Shown: positions 51,682-60,754 of the stretch, piece after piece | Position numbering within the stretch: the stretch's first letter is position 1 | How the letters are laid out: every line of letters begins with the position of its first letter | Origin: an uncultured Armatimonadetes bacterium | GTDB taxonomy: Bacteria; Armatimonadota; Hebobacteria; Hebobacterales; Hebobacteraceae | Assembly: GCA_963716175.1 (NCBI GenBank) | Contig: OY970296.1 | Coordinates: 736,001 to 800,000, forward strand | DNA length: 64,000 bases | Direction: 5' to 3' | The notes under the pieces: generated by a model | The model's database searches: none | Told to the model about the DNA's origin: nothing | Seen by the model: only the letters and a program-made list of their open reading frames with translations | Translations under genes and position numbers: made by a program

Positions 51682-52047
51682 GTGCCAAGCCGCGGTCTTC
51701 ACTGGGGCACGATATCGTGCGGAAGTAGCCGCCCCGGGCGAGCCCAGAACACGCCTAGGGCGGTCCTACGGACGCCTGCCACCCCCAGGCTGGTTCACGT
51801 AGGGCGCCGCCTAGGGCCGCCCCTTGCCTGATCCCGTGGTGATCCGGCGCCCATGGAGAGCAGGCCCGCAGGCGAAGAGATCGAGGCCAGGACGGCCAAG
51901 GGAAGGACGCACTGACTTAGCATTCTGGGTGGGTTGGTTCTGGACGCCCATGGTGGGTCAGTCTTCGATGCCGATCCGCGACCGCGAGAGGACGACCGCG
52001 TGGTGTCCAGAAACCACCTCAGGAGATTCACCGGGAGGAGCAGCACC

Positions 52048-53178
52048 ATGCAGCAGGCCGTATTCGGCATCATCGGGGCCGGACACATCGCCAGTAGTCA
52101 GCACCTACCCAATCTCACCCGCGCGCCGCACGTGCGGCTAAAGACGGTGTGCGATTTCGATCGCGCGAAGGTGGAGGTGGCGCAGGCAGCCTATGGGATT
52201 CCTCATGGCGTCACCGATATGGAGGAGGTGCTGGCCGACGATGAGATTCAGGCCGTGGTCGTCGCCACCGCGGAGGAGGCGCACGTGCCGCTCACGCTGG
52301 CGGCGCTGCAGGCGGGCAAGTCAGTGTACGTGGAGAAGCCCCTGGCCGACACGGCGGAAGCGTGCGAGGCGGTGGTCGAGGCGCAGCGCGCGTCGGGCAA
52401 GCTGGTAGCGGTGGGCTTCAACCGGCGCTTCGCCCCGGCCTACGTGCGCGCCAAGCAGCTCGCCCAGCAGTACGGGGGGATCTGGAACTTCCACTACCGG
52501 ATCGCGGACGAATACTGGCGGTGGGGCCGGGATCTCCTGCCGGGGACGCGAGTCATGCACGAGGTGTGTCATATCTTCGATATCCTTCGCTGGATGACCG
52601 GCCAGGAGGTGCAGTCGGTGTACTGCGTCTCTTCCCGCCCGGACGACGAGATCATCGCCATGCAGCTGAGTGGCGGATGTGTCGCCTCCATCATGGACAG
52701 CGGCTACGGGTCGATGGACATGCCCAAGGAGTATCTCGCCCTCATGGTGGAGCGCGGCGGCGTCACGGTGGAAGACTTCGTGGAACTGCGCTGCTTTGGT
52801 CGCGACACGGAACCGTGCGTGGAGCACTTCGCCGGGCACACGCACCCCAAGTCCGAGTTCGGCTATCGCCCGCTCTACGAGAAGCTTGGGAGAGAGGCGC
52901 TGTACGCGATGCGGCGAGCGGGGTGGGAGATACGAGAGCAGCTCGAGCGGCGGGAGTTGCAGGGGCCGCACGCGGCGGAGGCAGAGCGCTTCCTGGGCTC
53001 CGTCGCCTGGAACTACACCGGCGACAAGGGATGGCTGGCGGCGGTGGATCACTTCGCCTCCTGTGTCACCACCGGTGACCAGCCGGGAACGGCCGGCGCC
53101 GCGGACGGCCTGCAGGCGACGCGCCTGGCACTGGCGGCGATGCGGAGCCGGGAGACGGGAGAGGTGGTGCGGCTGTAG
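52048..53178 (+). CDS. Gfo/Idh/MocA oxidoreductase
   Basis: FGIIGAGHIA, AGKSVYVEKPLA, VGFNRRFAP, HEVCHIFD. Confidence 0.92.
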   Translation: MQQAVFGIIGAGHIASSQHLPNLTRAPHVRLKTVCDFDRAKVEVAQAAYGIPHGVTDMEEVLADDEIQAVVVATAEEAHVPLTLAALQAGKSVYVEKPLADTAEACEAVVEAQRASGKLVAVGFNRRFAPAYVRAKQLAQQYGGIWNFHYRIADEYWRWGRDLLPGTRVMHEVCHIFDILRWMTGQEVQSVYCVSSRPDDEIIAMQLSGGCVASIMDSGYGSMDMPKEYLALMVERGGVTVEDFVELRCFGRDTEPCVEHFAGHTHPKSEFGYRPLYEKLGREALYAMRRAGWEIREQLERRELQGPHAAEAERFLGSVAWNYTGDKGWLAAVDHFASCVTTGDQPGTAGAADGLQATRLALAAMRSRETGEVVRL

Positions 53179-53355
53179 CGAAAGCCGACACAGGAGGTAG
53201 ATCCCCGTCGGGTGCACTCCAGTCCGGTGTAGGGCAGCGGCTAGGCCGACCCTCAGGTCGTTTTGTGCTTGCTAGATCGCGCTGGGACACCCCTGAGCGG
53301 CCTCTGAGCTTGCCTGCGGGCGAGGATCAGCCCTACACGCGGGCGACCCTCGGGC

Positions 53356-53409
53356 CGGTGCCTCCGAGCCGAGGGGTAGCCGGAGTCGGGGGTGCCCGAG
53401 GCCGTCGCC
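53356..53409 (+). repeat. Dispersed hairpin repeat, copy 6
   Basis: cggtGCCTCCgagccgaggggtagccGGAGTCgggggtgcccgaggccgtcg. Confidence 0.75.
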
Positions 53410-53495
53410 CAGGAGCTTCGCCGGGGTGGCCGATGGCCCTGCTCGATAGCGGGACACCTGTGTTCCTGGGGGATGACTGCGGCCTGAGCGCGAGT

Positions 53496-53660
53496 GGAGC
53501 GATAGCTCAGATGGTAGAGCTTACAGCAGAGGCTAGCACACCTGAACTGAAGACGACGATCGGGTGCCGGGTTAGCTCAGGTGGTAGAGCTTACAGCAGA
53601 CGCTAGCATACCTGAACTGAAGACGACGATTGGGTGCCGGGTTAGCTCAGGTGGTAGAGC
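53496..53660 (+). repeat. 70-bp tandem repeat built from the tRNA 5' portion plus a 45-nt spacer
   Basis: TAGCTCAGRTGGTAGAGC at 53503, 53573 and 53643; the two 45-nt spacers differ at 3 positions. Confidence 0.9.
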
Positions 53661-53711
53661 GCGGGACTGAAAATCCCGGCGTCCCCAGTTCGACTCTGGG
53701 ACCCGGCACCA
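53636..53711 (+). tRNA. tRNA-Phe(GAA)
   Basis: Complete cloverleaf: GCCGGGT/ACCCGGC acceptor, CGGGA-CTGAAAA-TCCCG anticodon arm, CCCAG-TTCGACT-CTGGG T arm, encoded CCA. Confidence 0.95.
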
Positions 53712-54126
53712 GCCGTCGCCCTTCTCGCGCTTCGGCTGCCACGGGCAACTGACAGCCACCGAGCACGCAACTGCCGCTCCTCCTCTGCCCCGCGAGACCT
53801 GGGTCTGTACCCGAGGTCGCAGGTTCGAACCGGGGGCGGGATTTGTACCCGATTCGTACTCTGAAAGGCTGCCCCTCGTGGCAGCGCGCTGGGTCTACGC
53901 CTCGGTAAAGCAGGGCGCAAGGGAAATGCGGCGGATAGGCCTCGCGGTGTAGGCCTGAGCCCCCTCGGCCCGCTCTCAGTCCGTATGATCTTACCCGTGC
54001 CGAAGACCGGGAAGCCTTATGCGCGCAGTCTGCATGTCAAGGCCAATTCTCTGATCTCTCCCGAAACTTACCAACCCGACCAATCTGACCAGAGAGACGG
54101 CTGTACCCCCTCGTCAGGCCTCTCCT

Positions 54127-54378
54127 TGCTGGCGGGAACTGCTGGAGGGAGAACGGTATGCCGCCATCTGCGAACTGGTGCGTGACGCCCGGGTAGACAA
54201 CTCCTAGGTCGCACGCCTGGTGCGGCTCACGTTCCTGCCACCCGACCTCATCGAGTCGATCCTGGACGGCACAGAACCCGACGGGCTGTCGCTTGAGAAG
54301 CTGTACCGGGTGCCGGTTGGGTGGGAGGAGCAGAGGAGGGCCTTCCAGAAGCCAGACGTCTATGGACTGGATTCGTAG
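54127..54378 (+). pseudogene. Remnant of the small HTH protein found beside large serine recombinases
   Basis: WRELLEGERYAAICELVRDARVDNS*VARLVRLTFLPPDLIESILDGTEPDGLSLEKLYRVPVGWEEQR; in-frame stop and no start codon. Confidence 0.7.
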
Positions 54379-54856
54379 GTTGTTCGGATACGTACCAGCG
54401 GAAGACCTTGCGGGGATTCATTTGCCTCCAGGGCCGCACTGGGAGGTGGACGCGCCACAGGAGTTCAGCGCGTTCCTGCGCGCTGTCACTCAACTTGCGC
54501 CGCCCGGTTCCGTCATTTACTTCGAGGGCGGAGACCCTTCGGAAAGGGTGCGGTCCTATCTGGATACACATAGCCCTGAGACCACGGCAGCGGTGCGGAA
54601 GGGTACGCTCTGGCCGCGACCCGAGTGCTTCCATGTGAAGGCAACCCCGGAGATACTGGAGGGTCTGGCTTCGTTGGCCGAAGAGCACAGGATTTGGGAG
54701 TTCGGGTGGCACGTGCATCTTTACAGGTACGAGACGATGCTCATCGAGTGGTACGATGTGCCGGACGACCCGCTCTGGATTGCAGGGGACGTGCCAGAGG
54801 AGGCGGTTGCCCGGTTCAGTGCAAAGCTGGGGACACAGTACCGTAGAGCAGCTTGA
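54362..54856 (+). CDS. Hypothetical protein
   Basis: 164-aa ORF: MDWIRRLFG..SVIYFEG..GTLWPRPECFHV..HVHLYRYETMLIEWYD. Confidence 0.65.
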   Translation: MDWIRRLFGYVPAEDLAGIHLPPGPHWEVDAPQEFSAFLRAVTQLAPPGSVIYFEGGDPSERVRSYLDTHSPETTAAVRKGTLWPRPECFHVKATPEILEGLASLAEEHRIWEFGWHVHLYRYETMLIEWYDVPDDPLWIAGDVPEEAVARFSAKLGTQYRRAA

Positions 54857-55207
54857 CCGTGGGATAGGGGATTGCCGTCTTTATTCTCGGAACCCACTCT
54901 CGGGGTCGTTCTGCATGCCTGTTCTACCCACCCGAGGAACAGTGCGGGCAGTTGTGGGCATGTCCCCCTCGCCGGTGCCGCCTACGCAGCCCACATCTCC
55001 CCACAACCAGTCTCTCATCGTGCCACCTCGTGTTCGGTATCCCCGCCGCCCCGCCCGCCGGACTCCACCGGGCGTTCGCGACCCACACTTCCTACTCCGC
55101 TCTGCCCTATCCCCGAACTCCGAACCCACCCCCAGAAAAGAAAGCAACTTCCTCACTCTCTCTGTCTCGGGCGGATTCTCACAAGTCTCGATGGACGGCG
55201 GCGGTCC

Positions 55208-58200
55208 TCACCCCGTCTCCCCTTGAGTCCCCGCGGCCGTCATCTCTGCCGTCTCCGTGTCCGCCGCCGCCCTACGAGTCCGTCGCCACGCCACAATCGC
55301 ACCCCACACTGCCACGATCACCAGAGATCCACTTGCCACGAGCAGCGCTATAGCGCTCACTCGATGCGCGGGAAACGCCCAGAACTCCGCCCCCTCCCCG
55401 AAGCCCACAAGCAGGAGTGCTGTCGCCGCCAGTGTCAGCGGGTTATAGCGAAGCGCCAACGCGTATAGCGCCCACACTGCCCCAACGGCCAACATGGCAC
55501 CCGTTCCATCGGTCACCATCGCTCGCCAGCCCGTTGCCTCGGCCAACGTGGGTATCAGCGTCAGCGCCGCCAGGCAGATGAGCGCCCGCCGCTTGCTGCC
55601 GAAGGTCGCCTTGCTGAAGGCCACCATCGCCGTCCACGCCAGCACCGCTACCAACGCCGCGGCCACTCCGGCTAACGCGGCGACCACCCCCGGCAGGTAG
55701 CCGGAGAGGCTTAGTGGCGGGTCCTTCACGGCCACCGCCGATAGCTTCACCATCCAACTCGGGACCGTCACATCCCCGCTCCCCAACCAGCGCACGGGCG
55801 GCAGGCCCATCTCCAGCCCCTCTGTAACCGCCGCCACCACCAGCACTACCCCCGCTACGATCACCTGTGCCAAGATCGCCTCTCGCCACTCCGCCCAATG
55901 CTGCCTAGGCCCGCATACCGCCTCCCACCAGTGCCGCGGCCCTGGAATCGCCCCCAGGTGCGCTCGCCACAGCGCCACGCTCGGCGGTAGGGCCGCGAAC
56001 AGCGCCGCCCCCGCTAGGAGGAGCAGTACCACCACTCCCATTGCCTCCGTCGCGAGGAAAGCCATGGGCGCCGTGGTAGAGGACAGATCCGTCAACGAGG
56101 TCCGGTACTGCAGCGCCGCTACCACCCCCACAAGTGCCGCCAGCCCTGTTACAGCTCTCCCTGCCCACCTCCACTCCATTCGGTACCGTCGCACCGCACG
56201 GAAGTAGATCACGACTCCCCAGATCACGATTGCAGTCCACCCTACTCCGCCCGCCGCGGCAAGGACGGTTCGCCACGGCCTCTCCTTCGCCCGGTCGAAC
56301 TCGAACGAGTCGGGTGGCGTTATGGAATGCTCCAGCCACTGCGCTAGCCCGTCATCGACGGTCACGGCCGTGATGAACTGCGCCTCTCTTACGTGCAGTC
56401 CCTTGGGCGCATAGCGGAAAGTGTAGCTTCTCCGCTTCGGGTAGTCGTGTTGCTCCTGCCCCGTGAGTTCGTAGTGTTCTGCCCTGATCCCGGACGCGAG
56501 TAAGGCATGTCTTGCAAGACGCTCGGCCTCCTCCTGGGAAGTTGCCCGTCCCGGAGCCTCCTCAGGCAGGACGTGACCGACGTCCCAGATTCCCCCTTCG
56601 GGCCGCACCAGCACATCCCACGACTCCCGCGCCAGCGGCCTCTGCCACCGCACCCGCCACAGCCACGACGGGGGGTTCGTGCGGAGCAGCAGCCCTTCCA
56701 CATCGCCGGGCCGCAGGTACTGACTCAGATATGCCAGCGCCTCCGCGTCGGCCCCTTGTTCCTCCACCCGCGCTCCCATCACCGATCCTTTGACTTCTGC
56801 TCCCTTCATTGGCAGTGCCGCCGTCGCCCGCCGCACTGCCTCCGTTCGAGCCACGTACCGCGCGTAGACCGCGCTCTGCCCTGCTTCCGCCCACCGGAAG
56901 TGCGCGTCCTGGTGCTTCACCCCTTCCAGCACTCCGAGAGCTCCGCCGCCGATCACCGCCAGCGCCCCCCCTATCACCCATGCCCGCCGGGGAATCGGTG
57001 TCCGCTCAGGCTCCTCATTCCTCCTCGACGCGACCCCCTCTGCGGCCGGCTCCACCTTTTCTCGGCACCCTGGGTTCAGGGGCGCTGGCTCCCGCCCAAG
57101 CCCTCGCCGCGCCCACCATCCGGCCAATCCAAGTGGCGCCAGGATCAGTACCAGCACCACCAGGAAGCTCAACCGCGGTGCCCATATCACGCTCGTCAGG
57201 AACCCCGAACCCGCCAATACCGCGTTGTAGCTCGCGTGCGCCACCAGCGAGGGTAACACCCCATAGCGCACCAGCATCCACCCGAATACCAAGCCCCAAA
57301 TGCTTAGCTCGATCCCGCGGATGTAGAATGGCTTGTTCGGGTAGTTAGCATGCGCGAATCCCCACACCAGCGCTGGAATCAGAATCGCCAGCCAGTCGCG
57401 CTTCAGCCAGCGGCGCAGCCACGAGATCGCCACTACTCGGAATAGGAACTCCTCTGACAGCGACGCCTGTACTCCTACCAACAGCGCGTAGGCCCACGGT
57501 GCCGAAGTGCTGAACAGGTCCTCGTACCTGACCTGCGCTGGCGACCAGGCCCCGATCAGGCGCGAGGCCAGCGCGTAGAACACCGCTACGTAGGCGAGCT
57601 GCAGTGCCGCCAGAACATACCCAGCGAGTAAACGCTTTCTCCCACGGGGGCTGGCCAGCCCCTCCCGTGAGAACCAGTGCCACAACGTGACCTGGCCTGG
57701 GAATCCCCGCCGGTACCACCACTCCGCCCCTACGACCAGCAGCCACATCCCCAAGAATGCCCCCACTGCTCCCGAGAGGATCGCCGTCACCGTCCGAATG
57801 AGGAAGGTTGCGTCCGTATCCGTCGTCCCCTGCATCGCGCGCTGCAGGGGAAGCAGGTTCGCGGCGTTCAGCACCAGGATCGCCGCCAGGACGCCGGCCG
57901 GCCAGAGCCCGCGTCGCCACTGCAACTCTCGCCGTGCCGCCCCTATCACTAACCCCACCAGCGCCACCACCAGGAACCCCGCCGACAGCACGGCCGCGAT
58001 CTTCGCCAGCAGTTCGCCCTTCTCGTTCTCCCGGTCGTAGCGCTGCCAGAAAGCCTCAGGCACGTCCACCCAGCGGCTGTAGGACACCACCCGGTCCCCG
58101 GTCACCGTCACCGCCACCCGCTGTGTCGCCTCTCCCAACCGGAACCCCCGCCGCTCCCAGACATACTGGTAGTCGCGGCGCCTTGGCTGCGGTACCTCCG

Positions 58201-58702
58201 ATTTCTGCTTCAGATCGTAGCCTGCGAGGTCGATTTGCGCAGTCCGCTCTGCGAATGCCCGCGCTAATGCCTCTGGGCGCGTGGATCTCGGCGCCGGTGC
58301 ATCGTTCGGAAGTCGTTGCGAGTAGCCGATGATCCTGCCGTCCGGGTCCACCGACACCCGGTACTGAGTCTGCTCCCCTGGCTTGAACCACCGCACCCGC
58401 CAGGCGTAGACGAAGCCGTCGTGCTGCAGTACCTGGTTCGCCCGCGCCAGGCCCAGGGTCTGTTCCAGGTAGGCCTTCTCGTAGTCGCTGGTGATGAACC
58501 TGCTGCTCCGCCGGTACCCCCGCGGAAGCCGAATCCCCTCCTGCCGCAGAAACCCCTCTGCACGCGCCTCCGCGCCGCCCTGGAACACTCGCATCCGCAG
58601 GGCCGCCATCGGGACCACGTAGGGATACAGCCACACGAATACGGTCACCCCTGCGACCGCTACCGCCGCCATCACAGCCACCGACCACCGACGCGCCTGC
58701 AT
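55208..58702 (-). CDS. Large CPBP (Abi/CAAX) family intramembrane metalloprotease with duplicated extracytoplasmic domains
   Basis: SEEFLFR, WGFAH, HASYN motifs; two W-R-V-R-W-containing soluble domains; many TM helices. Confidence 0.88.
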   Translation of the reverse strand: MQARRWSVAVMAAVAVAGVTVFVWLYPYVVPMAALRMRVFQGGAEARAEGFLRQEGIRLPRGYRRSSRFITSDYEKAYLEQTLGLARANQVLQHDGFVYAWRVRWFKPGEQTQYRVSVDPDGRIIGYSQRLPNDAPAPRSTRPEALARAFAERTAQIDLAGYDLKQKSEVPQPRRRDYQYVWERRGFRLGEATQRVAVTVTGDRVVSYSRWVDVPEAFWQRYDRENEKGELLAKIAAVLSAGFLVVALVGLVIGAARRELQWRRGLWPAGVLAAILVLNAANLLPLQRAMQGTTDTDATFLIRTVTAILSGAVGAFLGMWLLVVGAEWWYRRGFPGQVTLWHWFSREGLASPRGRKRLLAGYVLAALQLAYVAVFYALASRLIGAWSPAQVRYEDLFSTSAPWAYALLVGVQASLSEEFLFRVVAISWLRRWLKRDWLAILIPALVWGFAHANYPNKPFYIRGIELSIWGLVFGWMLVRYGVLPSLVAHASYNAVLAGSGFLTSVIWAPRLSFLVVLVLILAPLGLAGWWARRGLGREPAPLNPGCREKVEPAAEGVASRRNEEPERTPIPRRAWVIGGALAVIGGGALGVLEGVKHQDAHFRWAEAGQSAVYARYVARTEAVRRATAALPMKGAEVKGSVMGARVEEQGADAEALAYLSQYLRPGDVEGLLLRTNPPSWLWRVRWQRPLARESWDVLVRPEGGIWDVGHVLPEEAPGRATSQEEAERLARHALLASGIRAEHYELTGQEQHDYPKRRSYTFRYAPKGLHVREAQFITAVTVDDGLAQWLEHSITPPDSFEFDRAKERPWRTVLAAAGGVGWTAIVIWGVVIYFRAVRRYRMEWRWAGRAVTGLAALVGVVAALQYRTSLTDLSSTTAPMAFLATEAMGVVVLLLLAGAALFAALPPSVALWRAHLGAIPGPRHWWEAVCGPRQHWAEWREAILAQVIVAGVVLVVAAVTEGLEMGLPPVRWLGSGDVTVPSWMVKLSAVAVKDPPLSLSGYLPGVVAALAGVAAALVAVLAWTAMVAFSKATFGSKRRALICLAALTLIPTLAEATGWRAMVTDGTGAMLAVGAVWALYALALRYNPLTLAATALLLVGFGEGAEFWAFPAHRVSAIALLVASGSLVIVAVWGAIVAWRRTRRAAADTETAEMTAAGTQGETG

Positions 58703-58864
58703 CACGCCGCCCTCCAGCACGCGCGGTTCCGCCCAACCTTCGCCGCCACATAGCACCTGATGGCTTCCGCGCTCGGCTGCTACACGTGTGTCCGGGCCCA
58801 TAACACCGGTTCTGGGTTCACCTCAGCGTGGGCAAGACGACCTGGCGGATAGCCACCCCTTATC

Positions 58865-59920
58865 TCACACTCCATACCGCTCCCCGAGATACTCCGCCAG
58901 CGACGGCAGTGCCCCGCTCCCGCGCAGTGCGCCCGCCAGTTCCTCCGCCGCACAGGCGCGGATATGATCGGGATCGGCCAGCAAGCCCTGCCAGGCCCGA
59001 ATCACGTCCCCGTCACGCGACTGCCGCAGCGAGGTGTTCCCGCGGAAGTGAACCACCGCCACATCAACCCGCTCCACCCCCCTTTGCTGCGAGAGAAAGG
59101 CGGCCAGCAGATGCAGTCGCAGGAGTTGGTAGAAGGCTCCACGGAAGGGACAGACCCGGCCCTGGTAAGTGGCCAGAGTGATGCCCGCGTCCGTAAGGTG
59201 TTCCCAGTAGTGCCGTTGCACGCGGTCCGAGCCCCCGCTCTCCAGATAGCAGTTCCGCTCTGTCGGAGTGGTGCCGCCCGGCCACTGATGGCAGTCCCGC
59301 TTGTCGACGTTGCCGCGTGAGGCGAACCCCCCGCAGGTGCCGAACTGGCGCTCCGTGTACTTCCACTCCACCAGCGTCAGACGGCGGCCGTGTGTGTCTC
59401 TCCACCAGAATGCGGCATCCGCGCTGGTGCGGTTCGCGCCACGCCTGCCGCCCGGCGGCTCCCCGAGCCACTGCGTCGCGGCCTCGGGCCCGGTATACTC
59501 GAACTCGATGCTCGTGACCTGGGACACGCCCGAGAGTAGCGGGGCCAGCGCCTGTGCCGCTTGGTCCAGGTTCGCCTTGAGCGGGAAGAGGAAGTTCAGG
59601 CAGCAGATCTGAGAACTCCGCAGATTCGCCGCCTCGCGGTGCAGGGCGATATCGCAGGCCCGGAAGTAGGTCTGCACCGGCTCCCGGATCTCAGGCCACA
59701 GCGTCTCATAAGCATGGTCATGGGGCAGTACGTACGGATAGCGGTGGACCGTGTCCCGCGGCCCGGCCCGCTCGCCATCCGGCACGTTGGGCCAGTGCCT
59801 CCGCTTGAACTGCGCCTGACGGGCCGTCTCCGCCCGCTCGAAGGCGTTCAAGCGGGAGAACCACGTCTCGTCGCCAAGGTCCGGAGAGTCAGACGGCAGC
59901 CGGTGATGGATGACGCTCAT
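58865..59920 (-). CDS. PGN_0703-like putative restriction endonuclease (PD-(D/E)xK)
   Basis: NLRSSQICCLNFLFPL, IEFEY, RTSADAAF, VEWKYTE, YQLLRLHLLA; ATGA overlap with the upstream gene. Confidence 0.75.
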   Translation of the reverse strand: MSVIHHRLPSDSPDLGDETWFSRLNAFERAETARQAQFKRRHWPNVPDGERAGPRDTVHRYPYVLPHDHAYETLWPEIREPVQTYFRACDIALHREAANLRSSQICCLNFLFPLKANLDQAAQALAPLLSGVSQVTSIEFEYTGPEAATQWLGEPPGGRRGANRTSADAAFWWRDTHGRRLTLVEWKYTERQFGTCGGFASRGNVDKRDCHQWPGGTTPTERNCYLESGGSDRVQRHYWEHLTDAGITLATYQGRVCPFRGAFYQLLRLHLLAAFLSQQRGVERVDVAVVHFRGNTSLRQSRDGDVIRAWQGLLADPDHIRACAAEELAGALRGSGALPSLAEYLGERYGV

Positions 59921-60663
59921 CGGATGTCCTCCGCAAGTGCAGCCTTGCCAAACGCCTCTGCCAGCAGTGCCCTGCTCTCCGGGCACCCGGAGGAGAACAG
60001 GTCGCGCACCTCGGGGTTCACGCCGCTGCCTCTGAGCTCGGCCTTAGATGATGGCTTCTGCCATCGCTCCCACTGTCCGCGCAGCCACAGATACCGGTCG
60101 AGTTCACGGTAACTGCAAGAGAGCCCGGCCGCGACACGGAGCCGGTCAATGGCGGCGAGGTACTCGGGGTAGTCGCTTGGCTTGTTGGCGTAAGTGTGCG
60201 CGTGCGGGCCGAGATGCAGCCTGATTGCTGCAGCCGCGAAGTCGTCGAGGATGGCGAAGCGGCACTGGCTCACAAAGAAGTGGCAGTACTTGCTCGCGAA
60301 GCTGAGGAACCGACGACTCTTCTTGTGCTCCCCGAGGTCGTGGAGCCATGCGATCTTCTCGACCACATCGACCCCCGGCTGGTCGCCAACCTCCGCTAGG
60401 ACTTCGGCCACGTGCTTGGCCATGGCCTGAATCGCCAAGACACTCGTAGCGTAGAGCGAGTTGAGCACGATAGCCTTCGGGAGCACGTGCGCGACACACG
60501 TGTTCGACGGGAAGTGCCGGGCCAGCGCGGCCAGCACCTCTTCAGCGCGCTGCCAACCTCGAAGGTGGAGTCGGTGCAACTCGTTGGCGGCATGAACGTG
60601 CCGTTGGCTCAGCGGCACCTCGAGGACGGCTCGTTGTTCCGTCTCTCCTCCGTGTACGCTCAC
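59917..60663 (-). CDS. Hypothetical helical protein, HhH-GPD DNA-glycosylase-like
   Basis: FPSN..KAIVLNSLYAT..SFASKYCHF..FAILDD..ELDRYLW; start uncertain (60720 or 60663). Confidence 0.6.
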   Translation of the reverse strand: MSVHGGETEQRAVLEVPLSQRHVHAANELHRLHLRGWQRAEEVLAALARHFPSNTCVAHVLPKAIVLNSLYATSVLAIQAMAKHVAEVLAEVGDQPGVDVVEKIAWLHDLGEHKKSRRFLSFASKYCHFFVSQCRFAILDDFAAAAIRLHLGPHAHTYANKPSDYPEYLAAIDRLRVAAGLSCSYRELDRYLWLRGQWERWQKPSSKAELRGSGVNPEVRDLFSSGCPESRALLAEAFGKAALAEDIR

Positions 60664-60754
60664 CCTTGCTCTTTCGGCACCGCCCCAAGTCGGCGCTTCC
60701 CGGCTATCCTCTCGCCGCAAGCGTGGTTTGCGCGTCGACCACGCGGAACTCGGC

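Noticed and set aside
53496-53660. CRISPR array
   Set aside because: The spacers are near-identical to each other, the repeat is a tRNA D-arm, and there are no cas genes in the window.
54872-55200. C-rich intergenic tract as a repeat or ncRNA
   Set aside because: It is compositionally skewed but shows no periodicity or convincing structure.
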